Counted from the first letter of the stretch, positions 26,335 to 40,190 are shown. The stretch is DNA of 64,000 bases from Carcharhinus amblyrhynchos (GCA_965287045.1 OZ336876.1:54188001-54252000), one strand, 5' to 3'. Notes: generated by a model from the letters alone, not told the origin. Numbers and translations: made by a program.

Positions 26335-26561
26335 CTTTACTCCAGTTGAAGATTAAGCAGTGTTTTATACAGCTACATCATACCTTCCTTGCTTAAGTAT
26401 ACTCTATGCTTTTATTTATAAAGTCCAGGATGCTGCATGTATGAGGAGAGATTGATTAGGTTAAGATTATTCTTGCTGAAGTTCAGACAAATGAGGGGGG
26501 ACCTTATAGAGATTTATAAAATTCTAACAGGATTAGAGTAGATGCAGGGAGGATGTTCCTG
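26335..26561 (+). repeat. Local direct duplication of the 24805-24967 region, spanning a junction between two LINEs
   Basis: 26401-26561 matches 24808-24967 closely, including the chimeric junction. Confidence 0.92.
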
Positions 26562-28716
26562 GTTCACTGAATTCCCTTTGGGGAATGGTAACTCTGAGCC
26601 CACCCCAACTGATCTCTGAAGTGGCCTGATAAGCAACTCTATTTTATTGAAAACACGATCGGCGATAACTGAATGGTATTTTTTTTAACTGAATGGCCTT
26701 TAAAAAAAATACCTACAGCTGATTTAAAAAATAATATTTGAAAATGTTAACTGGCAGCTTTTACTGTTTACCAATGGCACAGCATGTGATACTGTAGGTG
26801 ACCTACATCAGATACCGTACCAACATTTCAATCTCTAGGTTTCACTTATTTTGTTAGACTTCTCTGAAGTTATATATTACCTATACAAAAATATTGGAAA
26901 GCTCTTTGGTGGTAATCAATGAGTGGTTAAAATTAGTGACCGACGTGAATCAGTATATACTGATTTCAGTTGTTACTGATTTAAAGCCGGCATGTCAGCG
27001 GGTGAGATAGTTTAAAAATAATATCTCCAGATTTAGAGTTGTATTATGCTGTTACCATTATTGTTATAAGTCTCATAAGAGTATTGGCACATCCCCCGCT
27101 GCCACTCTGTTATATGTAGCTGACACTGCATGAAATGTACTGCAGTGAAGAGCGTGTTATGGTACATAACCCTTTGAGTGCTGCTGTAAGAATCTTCGCA
27201 GTAGAGCCACCTGAATAAAAAAAATTGCTGTGCTTTTGTAATTTAGGCCAAGAGGTTTATGTCAGAAGTCGCGCTTACAGGTTCTGAAATTTCAGTTGTG
27301 AAATACTATGCGTGCAAAGCAGATTTGTGATATTTCAGACTAACTCTGGAAGCTGAGATGGATGGAAGAACCTTCCACAAAGGTGCTCAAACTTCAGTAC
27401 CTGCCAGTGTTGATCAGGGATTCTGTCGTACTCTTTGAACAAAGGTAGTGAAATCTGTGGCTTTCCACCACATGTGGAATATGAAGAAAAGCTAGAATGG
27501 TAATTATGGCTCTCTGAGACACGCCATTGCCTGTACACATTCCTGGTGGCACCACAACTATTTACATTACTTTATCTGAAGCCGTTCAATGGATTATTAA
27601 CCATAACTTTTTAACAGCTTTTTTATGTAGAATTATAAAAAATATAAAAAAGTGAAAAAGGTAAAAAAAAAAGTTAAGGTGCAATGTCTTGGACAACAAC
27701 TGTAATTAAATAAAAACAAGTCCACCTTCTTATATCTGGGCATTGGGAAGAGAAACCCTATTGAAGGCCTCAAATGCATATTAATCTGTCTTTACATGGT
27801 TTCACCACACAAGGTCTTTCTGTAGTGCAGATGGTCATTTGTCATTACTTTTTTTAACATTATACTTTGCCATAATTCTTTTTGACTCTCTCAGAGGTTT
27901 GTGTAAAATCCCGTGCCAAGAAGTTCATGTTTTGAAAGCTAGAAGTCATTAATTAGAAGCAAAACTTCTTTTCTGGGATTATTAGGCCAATGCAAAAGGT
28001 TTAGATAACAACCAAAGAATGTTCAGGACTTGTGGAAGTAAAATTTGCAGAATTTTATTTGTGTTGGCCTTTGGGCTTGTGTGATTACTCCTCGCAATTC
28101 ACTTAGAAGCACTGGTGATATGAGTGAACAGTAAGAAACTCAGAACTTGGATATTATAAAACATTGCATCTTGACCACAGCAGAGAAATGGACTTGTGGA
28201 GCACTTAGGGATGTTGTGATACTGAACTGACAGTTCTACAGCGTTTCCCAAATGTTTAAGATGCTGAGGCATATGTCATTTTCATGTGCAATCTTTAATG
28301 CAGTTTGCAATATTATAGTACTGTGTGAGTATTGAACAAATATGTTAGGATTGTATTGTAAACCAGGATACTGGAGACAAGAGAACAGCAGGTCATGCAT
28401 CAATAACCAATGCACGTGTTATTGCATAAGAATCACATGTTTTGTAATATTGTTATGGGATGATGTAGCTGTTTTATTGTAATCTATAGTTAAATAGGTT
28501 CAAATTTCATGTTAGGATTATTGATAAACAATTGTACGCAACTGTAATTAATTGTTTTAAAGTCATTATGAATTTTTATATTGGAGGAATTAGTTGTTTG
28601 CACATTAAGTGAAAATTTATGAAGAATTATTTGAATTAAAATGTACATTTTTCAGTGCACAAACCCAAATACTTACAGCCTACCAGACAGAACGGTGAAT
28701 GGAAAACTGGACTAAA

Positions 28717-28731
28717 GCTCCCTCTGGTGGC
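28717..28731 (-). promoter_or_regulatory. CTCF-motif match within a candidate enhancer or insulator
   Basis: Reverse complement GCCACCAGAGGGAGC closely fits the CTCF core. Neighbouring RFX, DR1, TCF and E-box matches lie in repeat-free DNA. Confidence 0.55.
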
Positions 28732-31331
28732 TTGATTTCTGCCATTTTTCTGGCCTCCTCCGGCGCTTGTGTGACATCTGTGAGGTGCACTACAGATCTA
28801 TTACCACGGCAACAGACTCTGTTTTGCCCTTTGATTTTCTGAGGAAAGCAAGTGAGGTCAGGGGTCAGGTGCATATTGTCACGCAGCTGTTTGGAAATCA
28901 GCTGTTGGCCTTGGCTATAGCAAGGAGATGTTGGAGGCGATGAGGTTAAGCAGCTCTGAATAACTGCCAGCTGTGTGCATCACGGCTGTATAACCAAGGG
29001 ACCCTAAGGCCAATGTCATTAGCTTTGTCCTCAGATTTGAGGGGGGAACGGGATGGACGAAGACAATGCTTTTTTCCAATAATGTTTCGTTCAGTTTCTG
29101 TAGTCAGTTCCATCTGCTGCATCATATGCATTGTGTTTCTGCTGTAAGCAATAATTCTGGTGTGTACACAAAACTGAACTGCATGAATGCTATCTTGAAA
29201 GAAAATGCATCTTTGAAACCGTAGGTTAAAATTCCTTCTGACAGTTTTCCTTTTCTTCCGGGCTGTGCTAATAAAGCTGTTCCCCCTTTTTGTACATTAG
29301 ACCTTATTGTAAAAAAAAACTATTTAAACAAGGGGGAAAATCAATTAATTGAGATATATAATGGGCAGATAAAATGAAAACAAAGCTAAAAGATCCATGA
29401 AGATGTGCACGTTGGACTGGTTGTGCCTAGTCTGCTAGCTGATCTTTTGGTCAGGTTACTAAATCATATTTCTGCGTTTGTTTAACCATACTACGGTTAT
29501 ATAGTTAATGAAATGTTGATGGAATTCAACTATTGGAGTGTTTTGCAATTAAGGTACAGACAATGTCACAATGCAGCTACCATTTTGAATGTAATATGCA
29601 GTAGGTTTCTCAGACGGACACCAATCCATGCAACATGCTCATTGCCTCCTTGCTTTTGTGTACCTGTGTATAATATATTATGTTCCTATTGGCTTCAATT
29701 GATATTAAAGAAGGATTCTTAGACTTGTTTAGCAAGTTTTAAAGCCGCTAAGTGAATCAAGAGCTGAACGTTTTTTGTGTAGCAGATTATAAAGTTGGAA
29801 GTCGCATTTTATTGTACTTCTGGACTTCAGCTGGGAAGAAAGCTTTCATTAAAGTCTTTGTGAATGGGTTAATTTTTAAAATGTTAATTTTTAAAACCCA
29901 TACCTGATTTGGTAGTTTATAGTCCATTTGATTGAAATGGCTTGAATTATCAAGCTAGCAACAGCAAATTGCAGGGTTCCTGGACTGTGCTGTTTTCTAA
30001 ACTGTTTAATCATAGCTTACAATTTTACTTTGTGATTTTCTTTCCAGACTTTGTTGGGAATGGCTGAGTAACTAATCTGCATCTGAGAACAGGAATCCTG
30101 AATAATATTTAAATGCAACATTTGAAATCTTATTTTTTGACTTTCCAGGCACCCAATGTATAGCTCCAATTGTTTTTTTTTCCCCCACACACTTTTCTGT
30201 TCAATCTGTTTTATAGCAGATTTCTTTTAAATGAGCTGGAAATTTCTTCCAAACTACTGCTGCTTTGGCAAAAGAGGAGGAAGCCACTCTGAGGAAATTC
30301 TAAACTTATCTGCTTATATCTTAGAAATCATCACTCTAATACATTTCTGTCTGCATAATTTCTGTTTTGATTTCTTACATTTTGTTTCCACCTATTCCTA
30401 TTATAAATTCCTGTGTACAGACTTCTTATGGGTTTCCCGATGAGAGCCCAAAATTGCATTGTAAAAGAAAATAATTTGCCATTTTTTTCTCAATAACTGA
30501 AATTGACCAAAATAAGGGCTTAAAAACTGACAACATGCATATTTTGCATGAATAAACTTATCAGTTAAAATATATTTTTGTCCTTTAGTTCTAAACTTGG
30601 TTTAGAGTTCCCAAATTTGTGATTACTTGAGTTGAATTTGGATAATATAGTCTCAGCATGTTCATTTTACCTAGTTCCCCAGTGTTCAGTTACATTGAGT
30701 TCCTGTTTAACATTGCCTTGTTTAACGTTGCTTTGCTTTAATGAGAACAAGTTAATGGGGCCCATAATCTCAATGAGTGCAGTAAAAGTCACTTTAATGT
30801 CACATCCCATGTGACTTGATTGGAGCTATTTTGGAGTGGCTTCTCTCACTATCAAATTCTCCACCTTGTGATCATTTTCCATACCCGACCCTCTAATCTC
30901 TTCCTTCTCCCCCACCCGCTAACCTGTGGCCTCTCCCTGTGCCTGACCCACTCTGTTGGTGAATTGCCCTCCCTGACTCATGCTATTACCACTTCCTTCT
31001 CCTGAACCTGTGTTCCTGATCATGATCCAAGTCCGACTGACCTGATGCCGGAGCTCCACGGTTATGAAATTGCAAGTCCTGATGATGCAGAAGTGTGGAG
31101 CTGGGGCTATTACAATCCAACCTTTTTTTTGTAAAAGCTCTCAAAGTCGAAGCTTCGGCTGCTTCCATGCCCTTGCTGCACAGTGAGGGTTCAGGAGAGC
31201 AAAGTGGTGAGTGGGAGCATTGAAAAAAAAATTATTGTAACAGCTCCAGCTCCTATATCATCGAGGCCCGTACATTCACAACTGTGGAGCTTCAGTCTCG
31301 AATTGGAACTGGATGGTGAATGGGAAGGCAA

Positions 31332-32181
31332 TGTTATAATTCAGGTCAGAAACTCCACGGTGTTTTATGAAGTCTTCCTGGATCAGAAGTTTTGCAATTT
31401 GAATTTGGCTAGGGTAAGCATGAGCTGTTTTACTTGAGGTATGATTCAAATGACCCACTAGGGAGCTTTTATCAAAGTTTATTTAAGAATACAGTTAACA
31501 TATATGGAAAGAAAATTAGCAAAACGTTTTACCAATTACAAACAAGAAAAAAACACAACCATGATATTGTATAACCTTAATAGCTAAATACTGTTCCAAC
31601 CAAACAAATCCCATAAACAAAATCCTTGCTGCAGGTTTAGCACAGAAAATATGAATGCTCGCGTGATGCTGGAATTTAGTCCTTTGGTTGGATGTTGCAG
31701 ATCTCTTGACACACACACAGACAATCTTGAAGTCAGAACAGCTTTTCAAAACATCAGAGAGAGGGAGAGAGACTCTAGATACTAGTTAGCAAATGATCAA
31801 CAGCTAAATTTTCACTCCAGGAAGGCCTCATTCCAGCTAGCCAGCAGAATTTGCAATACCAGGGAGAGAGAGAGACACACTGCTTTCTAGTCTGATGTCC
31901 GACCACCTAAAACAAAACAGCAGCCAAACTGAAAATAAAAGAACTCCTGTTAGATGACCTGTCAATCATTCTTTCCCCTCACAATTCAGGATCATTAAAA
32001 AGTCCCAGAAAGTACCTGAGGTCCAGAATAAAAGTAAACAAAACCCCATTTAAGCCATTAAAGCAGCAATAAAAGAACTTCTACCCAGACAACATGGCAA
32101 CAATAAAAAACCAAAGCTGCTTATCACTGCAGAGAGCATGACTAAAAGAAACACATTTCTTAAAGGCATATTAGCATCACA
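31332..32181 (-). mobile_element. Solo LTR (Gypsy-like), 850 bp
   Basis: TG...CA termini (tgttataa...gcatcaca), 4-bp flanks gcaa/gcag (3 of 4 match), minus-strand AATAAA near 31480. Confidence 0.65.
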
Positions 32182-32250
32182 GCAGCTTCACAAAAGGAAA
32201 ATGGTAAGATGATGTGTTGGGGAATGGGTGGTTCAACTGGTCATGCACAA

Positions 32251-32535
32251 GGAAAGGCTGCCAGTCAGAGGGTCTGGAGATAGGGAGAGATCACGAGTCA
32301 GAGGTTTGGAGATGGGAAAAGGTTGCCAGTCAGAGGGTTTGGAGATGAGGAGAGACTGCTAGTCCAAGGGTTTGGAGATGGGGAGCGACTGCTAGTCAGC
32401 AGGCTAGGAGATGGGGAAAGCTGCCAGTCAGAGGGTTTGGCAATGGGGGAGATCACTAGTCAGCATGTTTGGCCTCTTTTAGGTAGTCAGAGGGTTTGGA
32501 GATAGGGCGACATCACTAATCAGAGGGTTTGAAGG
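32251..32535. repeat. Degenerate minisatellite of about 33 bp, about 8 units (agtcagagggtttggagatggggagagat...)
   Basis: Seen directly. Confidence 0.9.
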
Positions 32536-33279
32536 GGGAGGGGATGGATTTTCAGCTCTCAGGAGGATAAGAAATGGAAAGTTCAAGAAGCAGTGATGAG
32601 CAGGAGGTACTATGTTTCTCTTCTGTGTTTTTAAATTTATTTTATTTTGAAAGCTATTTCATTTATCAATATAGGAATTTAGCAATGCAAAGTATCTTAA
32701 CCTAGTGTACAATGTTTAGGATTCTTTTCCTTTGAGGAAGAGTTCTATAAATCTAATGCTATTTTCAACATTGAATCCTATGGGAGCTATTGTTTCATTT
32801 AAAGTCCTAATTTTCAGGAGCATAACCACAGCTGATGTTTTATCTTTCTTCAACTTCCAGCATTTTCTGCTAGTAGATTTCTTTCTCGAAGAAATTGTGA
32901 AAAACAGGACAAATTTCTAACGTTTAATTGAGATTTCTTTAAAGTGACTCTGTCAATGTGAAAGAGTAGAGCCACAACACTAATTATTATCCTGTTGTAA
33001 CTTTTGTGTTCTATGTAAATGTATTAAGAAAATGAGAGACAGCGGGTAAAAGTGAGAGTCTGTTCTTGCTCATGCTAATGTTGAATTTAAAAAAAGGTCG
33101 AGTCTTGAAGACAACTAATTTCCTGACTGTAAGCTAGAAAAGGTTACTGCTAATCATATACATCTGTGCAATAGAGACTTTAGCTTCTAAAGTATATCTA
33201 ACAAGGGAGCAGGGGAGGCGGAGAGGAAGATGCAAATAAAGAGCAAGGTGGATAGGCTGTTTATTTCCTCATTTAAGAT

Positions 33280-33665
33280 GTCCCAGTGAAATAGCAATTG
33301 CTTCTGAGTCAGTGCGTCAATGATCAAATCCGCTCTGGAAATTGAGTACATAATCTGGGCTGAAACTCTAGTGCAGTACTGAGAGTATACTGCACCATTG
33401 GAGATCTTTGATTGAAATGAGATATTAAACCCTCTCAAGTGCAACAAAAATAAAAGGAGGAAATAAGTTCTTCAGGTGCCCTGGCCAATACTTAATGCTT
33501 CTTCAGCCTCACTAAAACAAATTGCATGTCATTTATCTTATTGCTTTTGCAAATTGCAGCATATCTTTATGTTACGATTGAGACTACACTGCAGAAGAAT
33601 TTCCTTAGGTGTGAAGCAACTGGGACATCCTAAGAATGTAAAAGGTGTTTTATGTACGCAAGTGT
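33280..33665 (+). mobile_element. Deu-domain SINE (SacSINE1-like), old near-full-length copy
   Basis: Head tctgagtcag...agtgcagtactgagagtatactgcac. Body and tail are collinear with 6740-7030. Confidence 0.7.
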
Positions 33666-34027
33666 TTCGAACTTTCTCTTTCTCCAACTTTAATTCTAAT
33701 CTGATTCTTTTTGAAAAAAGTCTTTGAAAATTTGAAAACTTGAGGAAGGAGGTTTGGATAATAGAATGGGGGCTGAGAAAAAACCAGGAGACTGAGATGG
33801 CTTTGGGAGTGAAGGGTTGGAGAATGTAGTTTGATTGGGAAGGGTTTTGAGAATGGGCAGATTGAGAGAAACAGAGTGAATGTGTTGGTGAGGGAGAGGA
33901 TTAAAAGAGGAAAAAGAGGTAGCTGAGAGAGAAAGATGGAACATTGGGAAGGAAGGGTTTTGAGGAAAAGCTAGGATTTGAGATAATTATCAGAGAAAAG
34001 ATGGGCATTGAGAAAGGTTTTGTGAGA

Positions 34028-34304
34028 AAGTTTATTTATTTGACTCAAGTAAGGATTACATTAACATGACAATGAAGTTGCTGTGGAATTCCCCCAGTCG
34101 CCACAGTCTGGCGCCTGTTCGGGTCAATGCACCTAACCAGCACGTCTTTCAGAACGTGGGAGGAAACTGGAACACTGGAGGAAACCTACGCAGACATGGG
34201 GAAAACGTTCAGATTCCACACAGACAGTGGCCCAAGCCGGGAATCAAACCCAGGTCCCTGGTGCTGTGAAGCAACAGTGCTAACCGCTGTGCTATCTTGC
34301 CGCC
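34028..34304 (-). mobile_element. V-SINE, second subfamily, inside GA-rich low-complexity DNA
   Basis: Homologous to the 11188 and 56988 copies. Confidence 0.88.
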
Positions 34305-36344
34305 CAAGGTTGGGAAGGAGAGAGAGACTAAGCAAGACACAACTAAAGAAAAACGGGTAACTTTTTTCCTCATTCTAATTTGATTTATTTTAGAAAAATA
34401 AACTTGACAGCACCTTTTTGAGCAAAGAAATTATGCAGTGAGAGGGAGAAAAGAAGATAAACAAGATAGAAATTTGTGGTCTTGGCAAGAAAGATGGAAT
34501 TTGAGGGAGTAGGTAGAGGTTAAAGATAAAGTAGGTGACAGCAGAGCAAAGGTGATTGGAGAACACAGTCGGGCAAACAAGAAGTTGATGGAAGGGATAG
34601 TGGAAAGTGTGATAGGAGAAAGAGGGTGAGGGAGGAAGTGCGATTGTGGGATCGGTGTTACCGAAGCTGATATTTTTTCCAAGAAACCTTCCACCACCAC
34701 AAATCTAGCTGGTAGCTATTGGTAGCTGCTTCCCCTTTTACATCAGAAGTTACAGACACTACTTATTAAATGTAATTCAAAATAAAATTTAATAAGTGTG
34801 AAAAAGGTGGTTAGAACAGATGCAAGCATAAATAACCGATGAGAGAAGCAGAAAAGATATGAAGTAGAAGGAGAGAGACAAGAGTGAGAACAACACAACA
34901 ACACAAAAACATCAGAGCAGGTAAAAGAATCACTATATTCACTGGTTTTCTGTGTGATACCACATGAGGATGACTACTGTACAATATAAATATTGGTGAT
35001 GTAGTAAGATTACAGGTACTTTTCTCACACAGATATCAACAAGAGCTGGAAATCATTTTCAGCTTCGTGTATGTTTATTACCTGCGAAAGGATTGTGTTC
35101 AAATCACTGATGCATTGCTTGCTACAGCTTGTATAAAGTGTGGTAGCGATTGTTTTTTTTTGTCTAGAATCGATGAGTTACTCTGTGTCATTTATTATCC
35201 GTTAAATATCATATGATTGGTAACATTTAACTTGCCTAATCTTTTTTTCAAAACTGCTTAAAAGATGTGTCATCAACTATTTTCTGCAGCTATATTTGTT
35301 CAAATAACCTACCCCATAATCTTAAACATATTATACCAAAGTTTATATTCTACCTAAAAACATCAGCAAACAGCTTTGAGACATCATCCTTTTGTTTCAA
35401 ATTACTTTCACATTTTACCTTGTGATCTTTTTATTTATGATTTATGTCAGGAATAACAATACATTATAGTCCACATTTTTGTGCGTAAATCCTGAGTATT
35501 CTTTTAAATGTAGCGTCGAAATTATGTTCTGAGTTCAAAAATGTGTTTGAAAGTTAAACACTTGCAGCCCATTGCATTACAACAACCTCCGCAGGACCAT
35601 CTGTGCAGTGCTACTGTTATAATTCAGTATAACTTTCTAGCAGTACTCCACTGGGCTTGCACATTGAATGTCAATAGGTACCAGAGCAATCCCCTCCACA
35701 TCCTGGGCTCAGGAAGCATTCTGCTTCGTTTACATAATTTTACTTTCTCAGACTTTAACTGACTCGATCCCTCTTAGAGCTGAGTGATTGTGCAATAGTT
35801 GTTGGACTTGGAAACGTGTCTCCTCTTCACCTTTGACACCTATTAACAGGTTTTATGTCCAAAAGATCAGTATTAACATTGGCAAGCACAGATAGTGTCT
35901 TGATTCCTAGCCCTCCATCATTTCAGCAGCGTTTATTTAAACATTAATCCAGACAATTGCCCAGAAAGTACATTGTTTTTTGGCTGTCTGACCTTTGAAT
36001 TTCAACTTTGGGTATCTTAGGAAGCACCTATCTGGACATCATTACACATACACCTTCTGAACCAATATGTCCCTATTCAAATAAAAAGGAACCAAGATTT
36101 TACATCAGGGTATCTATTAAACAGAGGTTGAATTCTGCTTTAGAATATTAGAAGATCTCGCTTCCCTGGTGAGGTGCCCTCTGCAGAAACCAGTGATGGT
36201 GATGTGATTAAATAATTGCTTGCTAATTTTCAGAGGGCTCTGATTTGCGGTTCCCAATGATGTGGAAACAAATAACCCCATGTTCCACATTTATCATCCA
36301 TTCCACAAGCCATTTTGCAACAGGGGTTTATGTACACTGGAGTT

Positions 36345-37040
36345 CTTAGGATATATGGCACAGAAGCAAACCATTCAGTCCAACTAGTTCATGCCAATGT
36401 TCGTGCTCCATTTGAGTCTCCTTCCATCTTTTCTCGTTTAAACTTGCGTGTTTGTCTAGCTTCCTCTTGAATGTATCTATACTACTGACTTCAACTTCTC
36501 CTTTTGGAAGGGAGTTTCACTAATCTGTGGATAAAGAAGTTACTTCTAAATTTGCCTTTGAATTTCTTGGTGACCAGCTTGTGTTGATGGCCCCAAGCTG
36601 TCTGCTTTTTCACAAGAGGAAACATTCTCCCTTTAACTTCTCTATCAAAACCTTTCATAATCTTAAAGACCTCTATTAGATCACCCTCAGTCTTTTTGCA
36701 AGAGGAAAGAGACGTAGCCCGTCGATTTTTTTTCCGATAGGTTTACTCGTACATGTCTGGTATCCTTGTTAATCTTCTGTGCTCTCTTTACAGTGCCTTT
36801 CTATCCTTTTTATAATATGCTGATCAGAATTGCACGCAGTTCTCTAACTGTCGTCCAACCAAGGTTTGATACAGGTTTAGCATAACCTCCCTACTTTGCA
36901 ATCCTATCGGATTAGAATTAAAACACAGTGCTTTGTTTGTTTTTTATGGCCTTGCTAACTTGTGATGGGACTTTTGGTGATTGATAAATTCCTCTATGCC
37001 ACCCGATCTTGACCTTGAACCTTCCAAGTAAGTGACCTTT
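36345..37040 (-). mobile_element. Old CR1 LINE 3' fragment
   Basis: Collinear with the reverse complement of the CR1 ORF2 C-terminus (ttcataatcttaaagacctctattagatcacc). Confidence 0.7.
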
Positions 37041-37410
37041 CTATTATTATAAACAATTTTAAATTGAATATGTATAGTGTGTTAAGACAGATAAAAATGG
37101 TTTCTGTTTCACTTAAGTTTTGTTTATTCTAATTAGTCTTCAGAGGCAGAAATCCCTTTATTTACAAACTCTAACATCAGTAGACAGAGTGCTGGTTGGC
37201 AGTCTATCTTCAGAGGTGGCAGAGGAACTGACACTCCTGGTTAAGTGCAGACAAAGGCTCCCTGATTGACCCATCAATTGGATCCTTAATCAGGGACATC
37301 TTTTCGTGGGATCCTTAATCAGGGAATTTGTACTCAAAATAGGCCAACCTCAACGACCTGATTGAAGTCATTACATTTATGAACCTTGCTTCCTGAGTGT
37401 CTGGATGCAC

Positions 37411-38196
37411 TGTGACTAAAAGGTTTTAGGTCTTTTGGGTTTGTTTGTGTATATATATATTTTAATGAACTCTTACAATCCCTGAATTAGAGATGGGTTA
37501 AAGGGGTTGAAAGTTCAGTGATTCTGGAAACAAAGTAGAAAACTGTTACTGTTGTCTCACAATGGTGATCCAGTGGCACAGACAGAAAAGACAGGAGTTG
37601 AGAGTGTGTGTCGGAGAGAGAAGACATGAATTTTAAGTTCTTGAAGAACTATAAGACTAGTGGGACAGTAGTTTACTGAGTAATCAGTTATGGGACTCGG
37701 TAACATGATTGGCTCAACAGAAATGCTACCGGAAGACAGTTTAGGAAACTCATTTGTTTCCTCTGCAGTTGAAGAAGCAGTGAGTTTAGGGTGTGGTTTT
37801 TTGGATGTTTTGGAGAGAGGTACAAGGCAGGTGGGAAGCATCAAGTGAATGCTCAGGAATTCGTTGGAAGAAAATAGTTTGCAACTGTGCCAATTCCAAA
37901 TGAGAAGCCTTTTTGTCAAGCTATTGGTAGCTGTTCACTGGTTACTGAGCCTGTAAAGACATTACTGCAGTAAAATAATAGTGTGAACAGAGTTTTTATT
38001 GAGATTTTTTCACAACCTTTTTAGTCTAATGTAATATAGTTCACTTTTCTTGTTTTAATAAATATTTTATTCTTTGTATGAAAAATGCATCAATAGACTC
38101 CTGTAAATTTGTTCAGTATCTTTCTTCCATGTTTTCTAAAAAGAGTTAGGATCTATCAGGCCAGGTTTCTGGGATCTGACTTGTCCAGCATTAGCA
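37411..38196 (+). mobile_element. Probable solo LTR
   Basis: Starts tgtgac, AATAAA at about 38057, ends ...cattagca. Composition resembles the 31332 LTR, but there is no convincing TSD. Confidence 0.45.
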
Positions 38197-38199
38197 TCA

Positions 38200-38511
38200 A
38201 AAGTGGCTAGCATTGCTGCCTCACAGTGCCAGGGACCCATGTTCAATTCTGATCTCGGGTCAGTATCTGCGTGGAGTTTATGCGGTCTCCCCGTGTCTGC
38301 ATGGTTTCCTCCGGATGCTCCGGTTTCCTTCCACACTCCAACGACATGCAGGTTAGGTTGATTGGGCATGCTAAATTGCCGATAGTATCAGGGAGACTAG
38401 CAGGGCAAATAAATGGGGTTACAGGGATAGGGTCTGGATAGGATTGTTGTTGATGCAGGCTTGATGGGCTGAATGGCCTCCTTCTGCACTGGAGAGATTC
38501 AATGATTCAAT
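38200..38511 (+). mobile_element. V-SINE (HE1-like), slightly 5' truncated
   Basis: Homologous to 6332-6653. Confidence 0.88.
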
Positions 38512-39779
38512 GAAATGTATTACCTCATTCTTGTCAATTATTTGCTCATTATGTAAGCTTATGCATGTTCTCTTCCCGGTCCCTGCTTCTTGCCTTGAAG
38601 TCAACTAACAATCCATTCTGCCACTTGCCCCCAATTCCAAATTCCCTGAACTTTTTAATTCTATTAGGAGCCTGGACTTTAAAAAGAGCTTTAATAAGTT
38701 ACATGGACTGCATTGCCACATCATTGTCTCATGTCTCTGTCCCTTCAGAAAAAGATAACCCCTTGAACTGTTTTTGACTGCACATCTCCTTAGACCTGTC
38801 TCACATCATAAGTTCTAAATCTCTGTATTCTTTCAGGGACAGCTATGCAAATTATTCTATTATTTTTATGATTTTACTCAAAACTCATCCCCTGTCTCTA
38901 CCTTTCCTCTCTGCCAACTCAGCAATCAAACCAAAGACGTGCACATCTCGTCTGCAATCAAACTAGGAGTGTGGACGTCTAGTCCATTGAGCTGACTTCA
39001 TCCGGACGCGGCCTTGTACGGCCTTGCACACTAGCAGCTGTATCTCCTTGGGAAATCTCCTGTGGTCAATTTAGGAAAACAGTAGGGAAAAAAATTCTCC
39101 TGATGTCTGGAAACAGTTAAGCATGTTCCAATTGATTCAAAATGCAAGAAAAAGGTGCCAAGGCATTTGATCAGCTTGAGTAGTCAATAGTTATTAGAGA
39201 ACTCCAGCATGACCTTTGGGACAGATATTTGTTCCACTGACTCTCAAAAAAGGCTTTTGGCTAAGATTTGATTGTGTGCGATTGATGGTCAGATATTACG
39301 CTGGTTAGGGAGCCGGTTGTAAGCTCATATGCTACCTATGGGTGGTTCTCTGTGGGAGTTGATTTATGAGGAAACAGGGTATAACTGGAGTCTCCACAGG
39401 ATTCTGTTTGGATGGTGGCTCTGCCCCACATTTGTAAATGAATTGTGTGAGGACATTAGCAAGGATCAGTTAGATGACACAAAAGTGTGCATGCATATTG
39501 GAAATTTAGGTAAGATCGATAAGTAGGGTGTAAGCTTCTTTGGAGAGCATACAGATCCAGGCTTAGGTGTGGCAAGTATCACTAAATGGCGTATTATGTA
39601 TTTAGGTCTAGAAAGGTGTAGACGTTTGCGAGGATAAAGAGTAAAAGATTAGGTACTATTCGAGAATAGATGGGAGTCACCGTTGTATCTAGCTATCTGC
39701 TGTTTTGGGCATATCTCAGAGACTTGCCTAACAATAACAGTCAGAATCTCCAACCTCTGCCTGGCCATGGTTAGGATCC

Positions 39780-40190
39780 ATGATGTGGAGATACCGGCGT
39801 TGGACTAGGGTAAACACAGTAAGAAGTCTCACAACACCAGGTTAAAGTCTAACAGGTTTATTTGGTAGCAAAAGCTACTAGCTTTTGGAACGCTGCTCCT
39901 TCATACTACTTTACTATGGCTGGGATGGGCACAATAAGAAGTCTCACAACACCAGGTCAAAATCCAACAGGTTGATTTGGAATCACGAGCTTCCAGAGTG
40001 CTGCTCTTTCACCAGGTGAGTGGGGAGGTAGGCTAGGGAGTGAAGACGTGAAACCTACCTCTCCACTCAACTAATGAAGGAGCAGCGTTCTGAAAGCTCG
40101 TGATTCGAAATAAACCTGTTGGACTTTGACATGGTGTTATGAGACTTCTTACTGTGCACACCCCAGTCCAATGCCAACATCTCCTCATCA
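39780..40190. mobile_element. Compound Penelope-like ends: a truncated minus copy plus a palindromic pair of about 240 bp
   Basis: 39780-39903 is a minus-strand end. 39927-40031 is the inverted counterpart of about 40054-40163. Confidence 0.88.

Noticed and set aside
30960-31170. Minus-strand peptide VSRTWIMIRN resembling a Harbinger-associated Myb/SANT fragment
   Set aside because: Similarity is too short and degenerate to support without a profile search.
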